A stretch of 63,000 nt of DNA, filler included, from Diploschistes diacapsis (GCA_023645945.1; 23 parts of 23 records of this genome joined end to end with filler, not necessarily neighbours in it); one strand, 5' to 3'; shown: positions 23,777 to 36,328, numbered from the whole stretch's first letter. Numbers and translations are program-made. The notes: generated from the letters alone by a model not told the origin.

Positions 23777-25293
23777 CTAATCTTCAAAAGCCTTGAGCGT
23801 CAAATCTGGAATAATGGTTCAGTGTTACCTTTGTCATTGCAATTGCCACGGCGTTGGAGCTAACCTGGGTTCTTGAGTATTGCACCATGTTCCGCTGGAA
23901 GCAAGGCCCCATTTTTCGGCTTGTTTTTGCTCTTGAAATCGTCACAGATATCCTATTAGTTTTGTCAGCTCTCGAGTTTCTGGTTTGGCACTTTCTGAAC
24001 ACGTGCGCCCATGGTGACCCATTCCACCCCTTCTTTACTACTAATGTACTCTATAAGCCTGTAGGGTACGATCAGCGAAACGTATTTCCTCCAAGGTTTT
24101 ATCGGTTCTAAAGGCTGTACCTTTCCAGCATGAGAAGCGCATGCGGATGACCGGATACGTCTGGGTGTGTTGTGACAGTGAAACAGAAATCGTCCTCCTC
24201 ACGGTAGAAGTAGTCGAAATGGTCTCTCCAGAGCTCCTCGACATCCTTTGGATTGACCCACCCATGTGAATTGGGAGCTGTGGCGCTTTAGGCAAACATG
24301 ACTGAGACTTATTCTGATTGAGGTACCTGCCTTTCTTTATGAACATCATAGGTGGTAGATCGTCTAGGTACCAAGTAGAAGGGATTTCTAATGTCGATCA
24401 GATCGCGAATCCATACGCCGAAGGATGATAACTCCACAGACCAACCATTCCAGTCTCGGGACCCTTCTTCAATGGATGCATCCAGTGTGACGGATGCTTT
24501 GAGTAATCGATGGGTATCCACGAGTCTCCAGTGCGGAGATAGTATGGGTGACAATCATCGTGGGAAAAGGAATGATCTGTTTGTCTCTGTCAAGCATGGC
24601 GAGAAAAGCTTGGCCTAGCTATGCCATAGTTTCATACCATATTCAACACCGTATTTCAGCATCAGTTCGACACCCTCCTTCGATGATTCCCACCTAGTCT
24701 CCTTCAGCTCAAACCGATGCGGCAGGATCACCGACGAGGCTTTCATACCAGGGCGCCACATTCCCCCTTGGGGGTTTACCGCAGAAGTCCGTCAGCAGTT
24801 TGTAGGTCTTGTCTAGGATTGCATGCTGCTGTTCGAGCGACATCGCAACCGGATTCTCATGCGAGTATCCATGGAGACCCCTGCACACGGTGAGAGGGTA
24901 ATCACTTCATCGCATCGATCTGCAATAGCATACATCTCGTGCCCGGCGTCTCTGATCATTGCGCACTCCTCAGGAAAGGTTTCGAGGGAATGACCTGGGA
25001 TAAAGAAAGTGGTCTTGATCCCATACTTGGCGAATAGTTTGAGCAGTCGCCTGACTCCAACCGTTCCAGCGAAAAGACCTACAAGAAGCAAAGGATGATG
25101 AATGGGACATCATGTACCCTTATAGACAGCACGAACCTCGAGATATATCACTCGTAGAGTCCTCTCCACCGTATGATCCGAGCCATCCCGCGACAGCGTC
25201 TATATCTACTGAGATACAGCAAAGCGCTCCTGAACCAACGTTTGAGGATCTGCATCAAAAGAGCCTGTTTCCTTTGTACTTACGCTTAGGCAT
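23777..25293 (-). CDS. Polysaccharide deacetylase (CE4, PuuE/HpPgdA-like), 10 introns
   Basis: Spliced product contains [68 protein letters not shown] and HPDVSG. Confidence 0.92.
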
Positions 25294-25691
25294 TGCTTAT
25301 CACCCGGAGGCAGACTTACTTTGACTTGTGATCAACAGTAATACACTTTGAGACTCCTTCGACATAATGTGCCCCCGCCGCTCAACACCCGAAGCCAAGC
25401 AAATATCGGCCCGAGAGCATCAAGTAATCGGCAGCAACATCGGACACATCGGATCAAGGAGCGCCAAGATATGTGGGCTGCATGCAGGGGCGTCGAGCTT
25501 ATTGCAAACAATGTAAATATTTGTGAATACCTACGAGGTATTATCGTTTCTTTGTCTCACAGCGCAGCTTCATGATTATGCGTTGGCAGGTGTCAAAGGC
25601 AGGACACGAGCGCAAGGGCGTGGAGCTGTTGGCATTAACCTCCTCACTGCTTGTAGGATCCTGCGCTATGCGATAATTTAAAGACCTAGAA

Positions 25692-28600
25692 ATGTTCAGC
25701 TTTACGCCTCTTCTAGGGGCGCAATCATCTTCCCCAGCTTCTCAGTCCTTACTGGAGTTCGAAGGTGGAATCAAAATTCTCGTCGACGTAGGCTGGGACA
25801 GCGAATTTGATGTATCTAAGCTTCGAGAGCTAGAAAAGTAAGACACAGTACAATCAATATCAGCCCCAATGATTGAGAATTACCCATATCATTGTATATC
25901 AAGCACAGTATACTAACATGCGAATCTTAGGCATGTATCGACTCTCTCAGTAGTACTTCTGACCCATGCGACTCCATCCCATATCGCTGCCTTTGCTCAT
26001 TGTTGCAAACATTTTCCTCTCTTCACCCAGATACCCATCTATGCAACCACGCCAGTCATATCACTTGGTCGTACGCTCTTACAAGACATATATGCCTCGA
26101 CACCTCGGATCTCTACCATTATCCCTGGTAACTCTCTTGAAGAGACTTCACTCGGTCTTTCCACTACAGCCGACAACAATCCTCAGGTCCTACTGCAGCC
26201 ACCAACCGCTGAAGAAATAATCTCCTACTTTGCTCTTGTCAATCCTTTAAGATACTCGCAACCTCACCAGCCAATACCCTCGCCTTTCTCGCCCCCGCTC
26301 AACGGCTTGACAGTTACTGCTTACAACGCGGGCCACTCGCTCGGAGGAACAATATGGCATATTCAGCATGGCATGGAATCAGTCGTCTATGCTGTGGACT
26401 GGAACTTGGCTCGGGAGAATGTGATTGGCGGAGCTGCATGGCTAGGAGGAGGGGTTGGCGGGGGCTCGGAAGTCATTGAACAGCTGCGAAAACCAACCGC
26501 TCTCGTGTGCAGCTCCAAGGGGGTGGGCCGGACATCTCAAGCGACTTCCAGAATCAAAAGAGATGAACTGCTCCTCGACATGGTCAAAAGCGCGCTCGGC
26601 AGAGGAGGCACCGTCTTAATACCTTCGGATTCAAGCGCGAGAGTACTTGAGCTTGCATGGCTTTTTGAGAACGCGTGGCGTCGAAGCGGTAACGGTCCGG
26701 ACAACGTCATCAAAGACTCGAAGCTCTATCTCGCAAGCAAGACCATGGGCTCGACGATAGAGTTCGCCAAGAGTATGATCGATTGGATGGACGACAATGT
26801 TACGAAAGGATTCGAGGCCGATACTGAGGGTCGGCGAGGACATAAGAGAGGCGATAGCAAGCGTGAAAACGACATGAACAGACCGGATGGGGATGGTGGG
26901 GATCGGACTGCCGGGCCATTCACCTTTAAGTGCTTGAAGGTGGTGACACGGAAATCACGGCTGGAAAAGGTCCTTTTGTTTCGAGGCCCGAAAGTTATCA
27001 TTGCAAGCGACTCCTCTCTCGACTGGGGCTTCTCGAAAGATGTACTGCAACGGATAGCTGATGATCCAAACAACCTAGTTGTGCTGACTGAAGACTACGG
27101 CTCGCAGGCAGAAGCCTCCAAGCCACTGCTTGGTCAAGTTCTGTGGAAGTGGTATCAGGAAAGAGAGCATGGAGTCGCAGTCGAAAATGGCAAGGAAAGC
27201 GACCCTCTGAACGAGGTATACACCGGAGGCCGAGACCTTGTCATTCCGGTTTACTCGTGGGTGGCACTTGAAGATAAGGAGTTAGCTCTCTATCAGCAAC
27301 ATCAAGCCACTCGGAAACAGCTACAAAGCATCCAAACTAACGGCACTGCAAATTTAGAGAGTGTGAACGATATTATTGATGAGGCATCTTCATCGAGCTC
27401 ATCGTCATCTGATGAATCCGACGACGAGCGTCAAGGCAAGTCTCTGAACTTCTCGTCGAAAATATTATCGGGCAACCGGAACAAAGCAAATGAAGACAAG
27501 GAAGTCCAAGGAGTCAATGCGCTGCTCCGAAAACCCGGCTTTTATGACTGGGACGTTCGGGGAAAGAGAGGTCGCGAAGCAGTATTCCCTTACGCGAACA
27601 AGAGAAAGCGCACCGACGAGTATGGCGAGCTCATTCGACCGGAGGATTACCTCAGAGCCGAAGAGCGCGATGACATCGAAGGTCGTGATCTACGAGATGA
27701 ACCGGATGGAAAGAAGAGCGGTCTCGGAGAGAAACGTAAGTGGGGAGGGACGAAGCTTGTGAATGGCGACAGGTCAAGAAGACCGTCAGGTGCTAGGAAG
27801 CGGCAAAAGCTCAACTCGCTGGCTGGCCAAAGGAATGGCGTGGATAACACGGAGTCTTCATCTGACGAGTCCGAGGTTGAACATGTTCCGAGTGGGCCGT
27901 CAAAGCTCCTCACCACCTCTACAACTGTGCAAGCCCAACTGCGCTTGGGATACATCGATTTTTCGGCGATCCACGATCAAAGGAGCTTGTCCATGTTAAT
28001 CCCCCTAATTCAACCTCGAAAAGTAATCTTGGTGGCAGGAACGGAATCAGAAACCGGATGGCTAGCTGAAGAGTGCCGGCAGAAGTTACAGCACTCAGTC
28101 CAGGATCCTGAAGGGAAGGATGATATCTTCACGCCTGTCAACGGGGAGACAGTCACAGCAAGCATGGACACTCATGCGTGGACAGTCAAGCTCAGTCGAG
28201 AACTTGTCAGACGCATCCAGTGGCAAGATGTCAGAGGCTTAGGAGTTGTGACGCTCATGGGTCGGTTGGCTCCTACACTGGCTGAAGATTCGCCGGGCGG
28301 AGAACAGAAGAGAAAACGACAGAAGACGGAAAGCGATGAAAGCAGCTCTGAGACGACAAGGTTCGACCATGATCTCCCACCGACCCTGGATGTGCTACCA
28401 GCGAACCAAGCGGCAGCGACTCGAACGGCCGCGCAACCTCTGCATGTCGGCGACCTGAGGCTCGCGGATCTCAGAAGAATCCTGCAATCAAGCGGCCACG
28501 CAGCAGAGTTCCGAGGCGAGGGAACATTAGTCATCGACAATTTGGTCGCGGTCCGCAAGACAGCCAGCGGACAGATCGAGGTCGAAAGTAGCGGCATCTC

Positions 28601-28694
28601 TCTACCAAGTCTGCTGGGCCAGGGCCAGGAAAGCTCGTTCCATACCGTAAAACGCCGGATTTATGAAGGTTTAGCCGTTATCGCTGGAGGGTAA
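25692..28694 (+). CDS. CFT2: Cleavage and polyadenylation factor CPSF100/Cft2
   Basis: MFSFTPLLGAQ...ILVDVGWD; intron 25838-25930; YNAGHSLGGTIW; beta-CASP region; C-terminal LHVGDLRLADL..AEFRGEGTL. Confidence 0.95.
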
Positions 28695-29036
28695 TTACGT
28701 TGGCTTCATATTCTGTATAACTTTCCAGGACGATACCATGTATTATCTGACGTTCTTATTGGTTCCATCTACTACCTTTCTTTCCTTTTGATCATTGGTA
28801 TGACTCGCGGGGGTATAGCTCTGCATGACTGCCTCTAAGTCTCGTCACTTCCAATGCTTGCCAGAGTCACAACCAGCTTCAACAGGGAACTCTTCCTTCA
28901 TTCTCTGCATCCTTCCTCCACCACCGGACACTCCCTTGCAACCACTGCTCCCTCCCTACAGCCGTTCGCTCGCTCGTTCATTTCATAGCTGCCAACCTCA
29001 GATCTCGCTTAGAGCAACAAAAGCGAGAATAACGCG

Positions 29037-29671
29037 ATGGTCACGTACTACTATGTGACTCACGACGGCCTTCCACCGGACGGTGGTATCCCCCCCACGG
29101 GGATACTGGAATCACCCGAGCCGCAGCCAGCGGAGGAGCCAGCGGCTCCCACAGCGGCTCCAATAGCGTCGACACCTCCACCCTACATGCCGCCACCACC
29201 CAACGCTTTCTACCCTGTCCAACCCTTCCCCGGATATCCTTATGCCCCCTTCTTCCCTCAACCTCCACCTCCATACTTCTCTGGCACGCCGGACCCATTT
29301 CATACTCCAGCTCCGCCAGCACCACCACTACCTCCTCAACCACAACCTCAGGCACCACCACCGCCTGCCCCACCTCAGCTTCAACCCCAATTCCCGAATC
29401 CCCTCCTAACCCACTACAGCTCCCTGCCCACGGACCTTCACGGCCCCACATTCATCCTCCACCTCGTCTCCCCCGCTACCATCCCACCACCCTGCTCCCC
29501 TTCCTGGAACCCGCTCTCAAAATTCACCTTTACCGTCCACAGGGTCTCGCCCGAGCTGCGTGCTGGAGATCTAATACGGCTTCTGCGGCCCCAGGACGAT
29601 CCGGACCGGGAGCAGGGCGTGGTAGAGATGCTGGAGGCTGGGGAAGGGCGGTGGTATCGGGGAATGAGAGT
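29037..29671 (+). CDS. Proline-rich hypothetical protein (3' truncated)
   Basis: Open frame runs to the contig end; Pro-rich N-terminus followed by a globular-looking FTVHRV...GVVEMLEAGEGRW segment. Confidence 0.6.
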
Positions 29672-29846
29672 NNNNNNNNNNNNNNNNNNNNNNNNNNNNN
29701 NNNNNNNNNNNNNNNTTAATTAATTAANNNNNNNNNNNNNNNNNNNNNNNNNNNNNNNNNNNNNNNNNNNNATATAGGATGTTTTAAACCGCTTAAGATT
29801 ACGTACGATAAAGAAATCGAATAAATAATACGTACGTATTTATATA

Positions 29847-30032
29847 ACGTGTTTCACGGTCAGCTCGGCCACCCCCAAAGCTCGGCCACCCCCAAAGCTC
29901 GGCCACTTCATATTGCGATATTCATCATTCTTTCGATTTTTCTCGATAATGGCCGCTTCGCATCAAAATAACTCGATATTATTAAAATCGAATATCAACG
30001 ACTGTCTATATACCTAAATTTTTTAATAATAT
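29847..30032 (+). mobile_element. pogo/Fot1 end with three subterminal repeats
   Basis: TA|ACGTGTTTCACGG followed by AGCTCGGCCAC repeated three times. Confidence 0.8.
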
Positions 30033-30872
30033 TGTAAACATAAAAGTAGGCCGTAGACTTGGTGGGGGTGGTCCCCACAGGGCAGTTCCATTTAAGGAGG
30101 CCTGCTAGGTAGCTCTAGAGAATTAATGCATCTTATACCTCATAAATGTCCTATCTAAATATGCTGTTAATTACGAAATCATATTACATTCCTTTACTAC
30201 ATCATCTACGATTATTTACCTACTACAGCAAGGGAAGTCCCCCTAGACAACGCGTCTTATATTTATAATGAGGGCCAACCTAAGGACTTGTCTAAGGACC
30301 CTTCCACATCTTACGAAAGGTAAGGAGAAGATTACGATCTGAAAGTTTTAGGCATGATAAAAAAACATTATTTATAAGAATATAAAAAAAGAAATAAAGG
30401 GGGTATCTAATTGTCCCTAAATGGCTTACCAGTATTGAAAGGATAAAAAAATATAATTTAATTAAGATACATTTAGAAAGTTAGGCTCCAAACAAATGAA
30501 ATGTTAAGAAAGAATTAAAAATTAAAGATTATCGATATTAAAAATGACAGACGTTGTTAGTTTAGGTTATTCGGTATCGGATAGAAATTAAATAAATTAA
30601 TTAGAAATACGCGAATACGAATACGAAAAAAAGAAAATCGAGCACAAAAGAATAGATTAAACAGAACTATACGAATACGAACGATAATAAAAAGAGATCG
30701 AATACGGGAAATAAATACGAGTTTTATGAAAAAACAACGAGAAAGAACTAAGAAATAAGAAATGAAAGAAATTATGATATATTAGTAAAAGAATAAGATA
30801 AATATGAAGAATAAAGAAAGAAAGTTTGATGTATTATTGAAGTCTTAGGCTTTGCAGTAGAAAGAATAAGAA
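30033..30872 (+). mobile_element. LTR family C (30033-30308) and downstream internal sequence
   Basis: TGTAAA...TTCCACA termini; the GTAGACTTGGTGGGGGTGGTCCC core recurs at ~32000-32070. Confidence 0.6.
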
Positions 30873-31289
30873 NNNNNNNNNNNNNNNNNNNNNNNNNNNN
30901 NNNNNNNNNNNNNNNNTTAATTAATTAANNNNNNNNNNNNNNNNNNNNNNNNNNNNNNNNNNNNNNNNNNNNTTATAAAGGTTAATATTATAGTATAATA
31001 ATAAAATAGATAAATGGTTATTCGGTGGCTAGATCTCGGTTAAATGATAGATGTATTAAGTTGATGAAATAATTTTTAAAGAATTATTTCTATTTGCGAA
31101 AACTTTGTTCTTATATTAGAACACGCTAGCGGGCCTTGATATATGCTTGGCATACCCCCTGGTAGCCCTTATTGGGTTCTGCGTATTACAGTTATTAACG
31201 AGAAAGAATAAAAGCAACCCGCTTATCAGATAAATTATTTTTCATCTTGTTATCCTTTTTTGATCGAATAAGTTTAATATTAATTCAAT

Positions 31290-31729
31290 CGAACTTTCAA
31301 TGATTATGGAAGAATATCGAATAAATTTAATAATGAATATAACTGAATTCTTAATAATTATCGAAGCTTTCGATCAAGTTTAATAACGTAAATAACGATA
31401 CTATTAGATATCGAAAATTAACGAAAGATCGAAAAGGATCTAATAACGAAAATAACGATTCTATTAGGTTTCGAAGGTTGATAAGAGATTCGACTAGGTT
31501 CAATAAAGAAAGTAACGGTTCTATTAGATATCGAAGGTTGTTAAAGTGATCGATAAAATTCAACGTAAAGATTTAACTAAATTTCGATTTTTAACGAGGT
31601 TATCGAATAAATCTAACGGCGATAAAATTAGGTTTCGATAATTATCGAAAATTTCGATTAAATTTAGTAACGTAAGTAATAATATTATTAAATGTCGAAA
31701 ACTAATAATAAGATCGATAAAATTTAATA
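31290..31729 (-). repeat. Degenerate ~60-bp tandem array (about 7 units)
   Basis: CTATTAG(A/G)T(A/T)TCGAA recurs at 31401, 31461 and 31521; related sequence occurs at 5770-5916 in the Copia leader. Confidence 0.7.
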
Positions 31730-31995
31730 ACGTGTTTGACGGGGAGTTGGGCCACCCCCCCATCTAGGCCACCTCAAATCACTACCGCCGCCAACATTCT
31801 ACGGTTTTTAGATATAACCTGTTTGTCGCAATTAGAATCTAATCGATCTAAATCGAATTTATCTTTTTTCTTTTTATCCTTCTCGATTTTAAAAACGCGA
31901 CGAAGTTTTTTACGCGTTATAAATCGTTTCGAAATTGTTTGATTCGATTTAACCCGAGTTATTATTTTAAGAACTTCGTCTATATTAAACATAAA
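31730..31995 (-). mobile_element. pogo/Fot1 3' end with terminal inverted repeat
   Basis: TA|ACGTGTTTGACGGGGAG...; reverse complement of ~9200-9458. Confidence 0.85.
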
Positions 31996-32785
31996 AATAG
32001 GCGGTAGACTTGGTGGGGGTGGTCCCTTCAGGGCAGTTCCATTTAAGGAGGCCTGCTAGGTAGCTCTAGACAANNNNNNNNNNNNNNNNNNNNNNNNNNN
32101 NNNNNNNNNNNNNNNNNTTAATTAATTAANNNNNNNNNNNNNNNNNNNNNNNNNNNNNNNNNNNNNNNNNNNNAAATATGCCTAGATATTTATGATTAAT
32201 TAATCGTTTCAATGTTTATACGTGATAAACTCGAATCGTAATTGTCGATTTTCGATTTCAATAAACTTTTCGTATTTAATCTTAAGAGATATTTATTTAA
32301 CGTAAAAAATATCGAGATTTTCGATACGTTCGTAATCGACGTCGTTTATATAAAGATATATTTAATAATTAGCTTTGGTCTAATACTTTCGTTATTGATC
32401 TCTAATACACAAAAATTCAGGTATTAAACTAAATTAACTGCTCGATGCTAAAGTATCGGTACCATAATTAAACGATATTTCGTACAGCAATACGTCGTCT
32501 GTTATTTCGCTTTAAAGATAATTCTTAACTAATATAAATAATTCCTTATGATTTTCCTTATTCAATACTGGAGCTACTCTTTTCTTACTTATAATATCTT
32601 CCATAATTATAATTTTCATAAATAAAGAAGATTGATGTAAAAAATAAATTGTAATTAATAAATCGTTAATAAATAAAACAAAAAAACTATAAATTTTCTA
32701 TTAAAAAAATAAAAATAATCGAATAAATTCAGCGAATTCAATTAAACTTCGATACTTATTGAGAAAGAAGTTTTTCAGATATTAA

Positions 32786-33274
32786 TAGGCTGGCCGTTTC
32801 GTGCCACGGACACTGACACGGACACTGCGGCAAAAATTTTCTCGGCACGGACACTGACACGGAAATTACACTGCGGTAAAAGCACGGACACGGACACCGC
32901 AGCAAAAAATTTTAAAACTCGGACATTAACACGGATACTATACTATAATAAAAACACGAACACGGACACTATAATAAAAATTTTCAAAACACGGATATTA
33001 ATACGGACATTATACTTCCGTGAATCTACGGACACGGACACCGTAATATAATTTTTAAAAAAATAAAAGCGTGAGAAATAAACGTGATAATTCTAAAATT
33101 ATTAAAATAAAAAAATTATTTAAAAATGTTTCGATGAATACACGGACACGGATATTATAATAAAAAAATTTTCGATACGGATACGAATACGGATATTATA
33201 TTATATTAAAAACATGGACACGGATATCGTAACAAAAATTTTTAAAACATAGACATTAATACGGACACTACACT
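32786..33274 (+). mobile_element. TAGGCTGGCCGT MITE (subfamily 2), truncated by contig end
   Basis: 5' terminal repeat at 32786; ACACGGACAC units. Confidence 0.88.
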
Positions 33275-33374
33275 NNNNNNNNNNNNNNNNNNNNNNNNNN
33301 NNNNNNNNNNNNNNNNNNTTAATTAATTAANNNNNNNNNNNNNNNNNNNNNNNNNNNNNNNNNNNNNNNNNNNN

Positions 33375-33513
33375 CGGATATTACGATTAAAAATTTTAAA
33401 ACACGGACACTTCCACGGACATTACATTATAGTAAAAGCACGGACACGGACATTACGGCTAAATTTTTTAAAACACGGACACTGCCACGGCCGTGTCCGT
33501 GACGGCCAGCCTA
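33375..33513 (+). mobile_element. TAGGCTGGCCGT MITE, 3' end
   Basis: ...GTGTCCGTGACGGCCAGCCTA ends at 33513. Confidence 0.88.
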
Positions 33514-34202
33514 AATATGCCTATAAAAGGCTTTTCACCCTTCATCGTTTTTAGTTATAACCTTCAACCTTTTCAATATAATTATTGAACAATAATCAGC
33601 TATCAGGCTAAATAGGCTAGAAATATTTCTTAATTAGGATTAGTTGCTGAATTTACCTTAATCATTTGTTATTTATTAGGAACTTCTACCACTTTTAATA
33701 GGTTATAAGCCCGGGTAGCGCATTGCGCTGCATCCCCACTCCTTTAGTTCAGAGGTCTGAGGTCGAGTCCCGCTCACGGCAGATTTTGATCTGGCTGGAA
33801 AGAATATAAATAAATAATAAAAGCCGTAGAGCCATGTTTACGGAAATGTATGGAAATATAAACATGGACTGCTGCTTGTTAAAAAATACGCATCTTTTAA
33901 CGTAGTGGTTTAGTTTAATAAATTATAAACCTAGAATACGCGATTATCTAATTAAACAACTAAATTTCGAAGAATTCGACAGCGAGATCAATTACCTGAA
34001 ATTTAATTAAATAAATCCAATTAAATAAAGCGACTAGACTTAAATAGGAAATCGACTATACCCGATTCGGAAAAATGGGCGATTTAGTGATAAAAATCTC
34101 TAGGTTACGTGGTAGCGAAAATTAGGATATTTGGTTAATGCGTATGGAGGCCGTATTAATCGAAAAAGGTTATTACAACGTGATGATTATTAATGTTCCA
34201 TC
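33514..34202 (+). mobile_element. Second Copia family: LTR 3' part, PBS (33701-33712), leader and gag start
   Basis: PBS GGTTATAAGCCC; from 34075 reads MGDLVIKISRLRGSEN*DIW.MRMEAVLIEKGY (Copia gag N-terminus); LTR segment shared with 5190-5240. Confidence 0.8.
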
Positions 34203-34475
34203 TAGGCTGGCCGTCACGGACACGGCCGTGGCAGTGTCCGTGTTTTAAAAATTTTAGCCGTAATGTCCGTGTCCGTGCTTTTACTATAATGTAATGTCCG
34301 TGGAAGTGTCCGTGTTTTAAAATTTTTAATCGTAATATCCGTGTCCGTGCTTTTATTATAATATAATATTCGTGAAAGTATTCGTGTTTTAAAATTTTTA
34401 ATCGTAATATCCGTGTTAATAAATTTATTATCGTATCCGTATATTTATCGAAATATTTTTAAATAATATTTATTT
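34203..34475 (-). mobile_element. TAGGCTGGCCGT MITE inserted in Copia gag
   Basis: The terminal repeat at 34203 interrupts the gag frame. Confidence 0.88.
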
Positions 34476-34575
34476 NNNNNNNNNNNNNNNNNNNNNNNNN
34501 NNNNNNNNNNNNNNNNNNNTTAATTAATTAANNNNNNNNNNNNNNNNNNNNNNNNNNNNNNNNNNNNNNNNNNNN

Positions 34576-34697
34576 TGGTACTTCCGTGAATCTACGGACA
34601 CGGATATTGCAGTTAAAAAATCTCAAATATGGATACTGATACTGTTAGTGTTTGTGTTACTGACACGGCCGTGTCAGTGTCAGTGACGGCCAGCCTA
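34576..34697 (+). mobile_element. TAGGCTGGCCGT MITE, 3' end (subfamily 2)
   Basis: ...CAGTGTCAGTGACGGCCAGCCTA ends at 34697. Confidence 0.85.
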
Positions 34698-34850
34698 CTT
34701 TTTACGTATGATAGATAATTGATTAAAAAGTAATATTTTAAAATGAAAATAAAAATAACGATTAATTTCGAAGAATTATTGAAGATTTAAACTCTTTCTT
34801 GGCATAAGTGGCCGGAATCTGGGGGTGGCCGGAATCCCCGTCAAACACGT
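34698..34850 (-). mobile_element. pogo/Fot1 terminus
   Basis: GTGGCCGGAATCTGGGGGTGGCCGGAATCCCCGTCAAACACGT|TA, nearly identical to 9416-9458. Confidence 0.85.
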
Positions 34851-34860
34851 TATAAAATTA

Positions 34861-35103
34861 CGAGCGATTCTATGCCTAGATTTTAATAAACATAATAAAA
34901 ACACTTTTTCGACGTCATACTGTCGTTATGTGGCTTTATTCTTGAGAATCTTACAGATTTTAAATAATTTGGGTAGACGACGGCCAGTATTTGCTTAATT
35001 TAAAATGACTAAATAATAATGAAAAAGACCACACAACGGCAGTATAACGTCGAAAAAGAGTTTTATTAATACTTTTATTAAAATCTAGACATAAAATCGC
35101 TCG
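34861..35103. mobile_element. 243-bp MITE with ~75-bp terminal inverted repeats and TA flanks
   Basis: TA|CGAGCGATTCTATGCCTAGATTTTAATAAA...GTGG pairs with CCAC...TTTATTAAAATCTAGACATAAAATCGCTCG|TA. Confidence 0.85.
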
Positions 35104-35185
35104 TAAATATATATTCGAGGGAAAATTTCATTCCGTTATCGCCAATTTTAATAAATTGAAAAATCCGCTTTTCCGAGTCGTCATC

Positions 35186-35626
35186 TGTTATGATCTCTAT
35201 CTTTACAACGTAGACACGAGGTATTGATCAAGGTGGGTTTGGTTTCTGGTAGAAGAGGAGTATGAAAGGAGAAGAAGTAGATCGGTTATAGGTTTATATT
35301 GATCTTTAAAAAGATTACTTTTTAATAATAGAGGGTAACGAATATAGATTAATTTCGAATTATTATTAAAGATGTTTATAAAGATAAACATATTCCGATT
35401 TATAGGAGTTATGGCGCGTTTTTATATAATTAATTGTTTTTTAATGGAGTAAATTAAAAGATGGATAGAATTACCGTTCTTTCGTTTTATTTATAGAGGG
35501 TAGAATAGCTTTTAAGGTTTTTTATTTATTACGTGACCGGTGTTATTATGATTGGATTATATATAAAGAATGATTAAGAAGTGTTTGATTAATTTTGACG
35601 TATTAGGTAATTATTCGGTCGTAATA
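35186..35626 (-). mobile_element. Solo LTR family B with a mutated 5-bp target-site duplication
   Basis: TGTTATGATC...GTCGTAATA; the flanks TCATC and TTATT differ only by C>T. Confidence 0.8.
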
Positions 35627-35874
35627 TTATTATTTTTTTTAATTCTGTCGCCCGATAAGTGTCGAAGGGTAAATATNNNNNNNNNNNNNNNNNNNNNNNN
35701 NNNNNNNNNNNNNNNNNNNNTTAATTAATTAANNNNNNNNNNNNNNNNNNNNNNNNNNNNNNNNNNNNNNNNNNNNGTTATTATCTTTTCCGCATATGTC
35801 GAAGAAGATAGAATTAATATTAGTTCTATTATTTCCTTCCTTTCCGAGAATTATGGATATGAATACTTAATCGA

Positions 35875-36328
35875 TGTTACGATCCAAGTACCAGACTTGG
35901 CACGTCCCAGCTTTATATATAGGTCAATCACGAGACCAGGGGTCACGTGATATACTTACTGCTCGCGTTTATTCTCGTGAACGGCGAGCGGGCTTCGTTA
36001 TCGCTCGATAATCGCGTTTATTTTCGTAAACGACGAGCCTCGAAAACACCGTTCGTTAAATTTACGATAAATAACGAGCGAGCTAATTATATATAAACGC
36101 GATTTTATTTTCGTAAAAAAGAACGTGTTCATTTTTATAAATATCTTAAATTATTATTCGAGAATAATCTATATTCGTTATCTTTATTATTTTAGAACCT
36201 TTTTTCTAGAAATAATTTAAAACCTATAACTGCTTTATCTTCTTTTCCTACCACATTCCTCTTCTAACAGAAACCAAACCTACCTTAATCCTACTCGTGT
36301 ATACCTTGTATAGATAGAGATCATAACA
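35875..36328 (+). mobile_element. LTR family B variant
   Basis: TGTTACGATCCAAG...GAGATCATAACA termini. Confidence 0.8.

Noticed and set aside
31351..31763. Leucine-rich-repeat-like ORFs
   Set aside because: Produced by an AT-mutated 60-bp tandem array.
32557..32610. LFNTGAT, resembling a Copia protease DTGAT motif
   Set aside because: Too short and degraded to call on its own.
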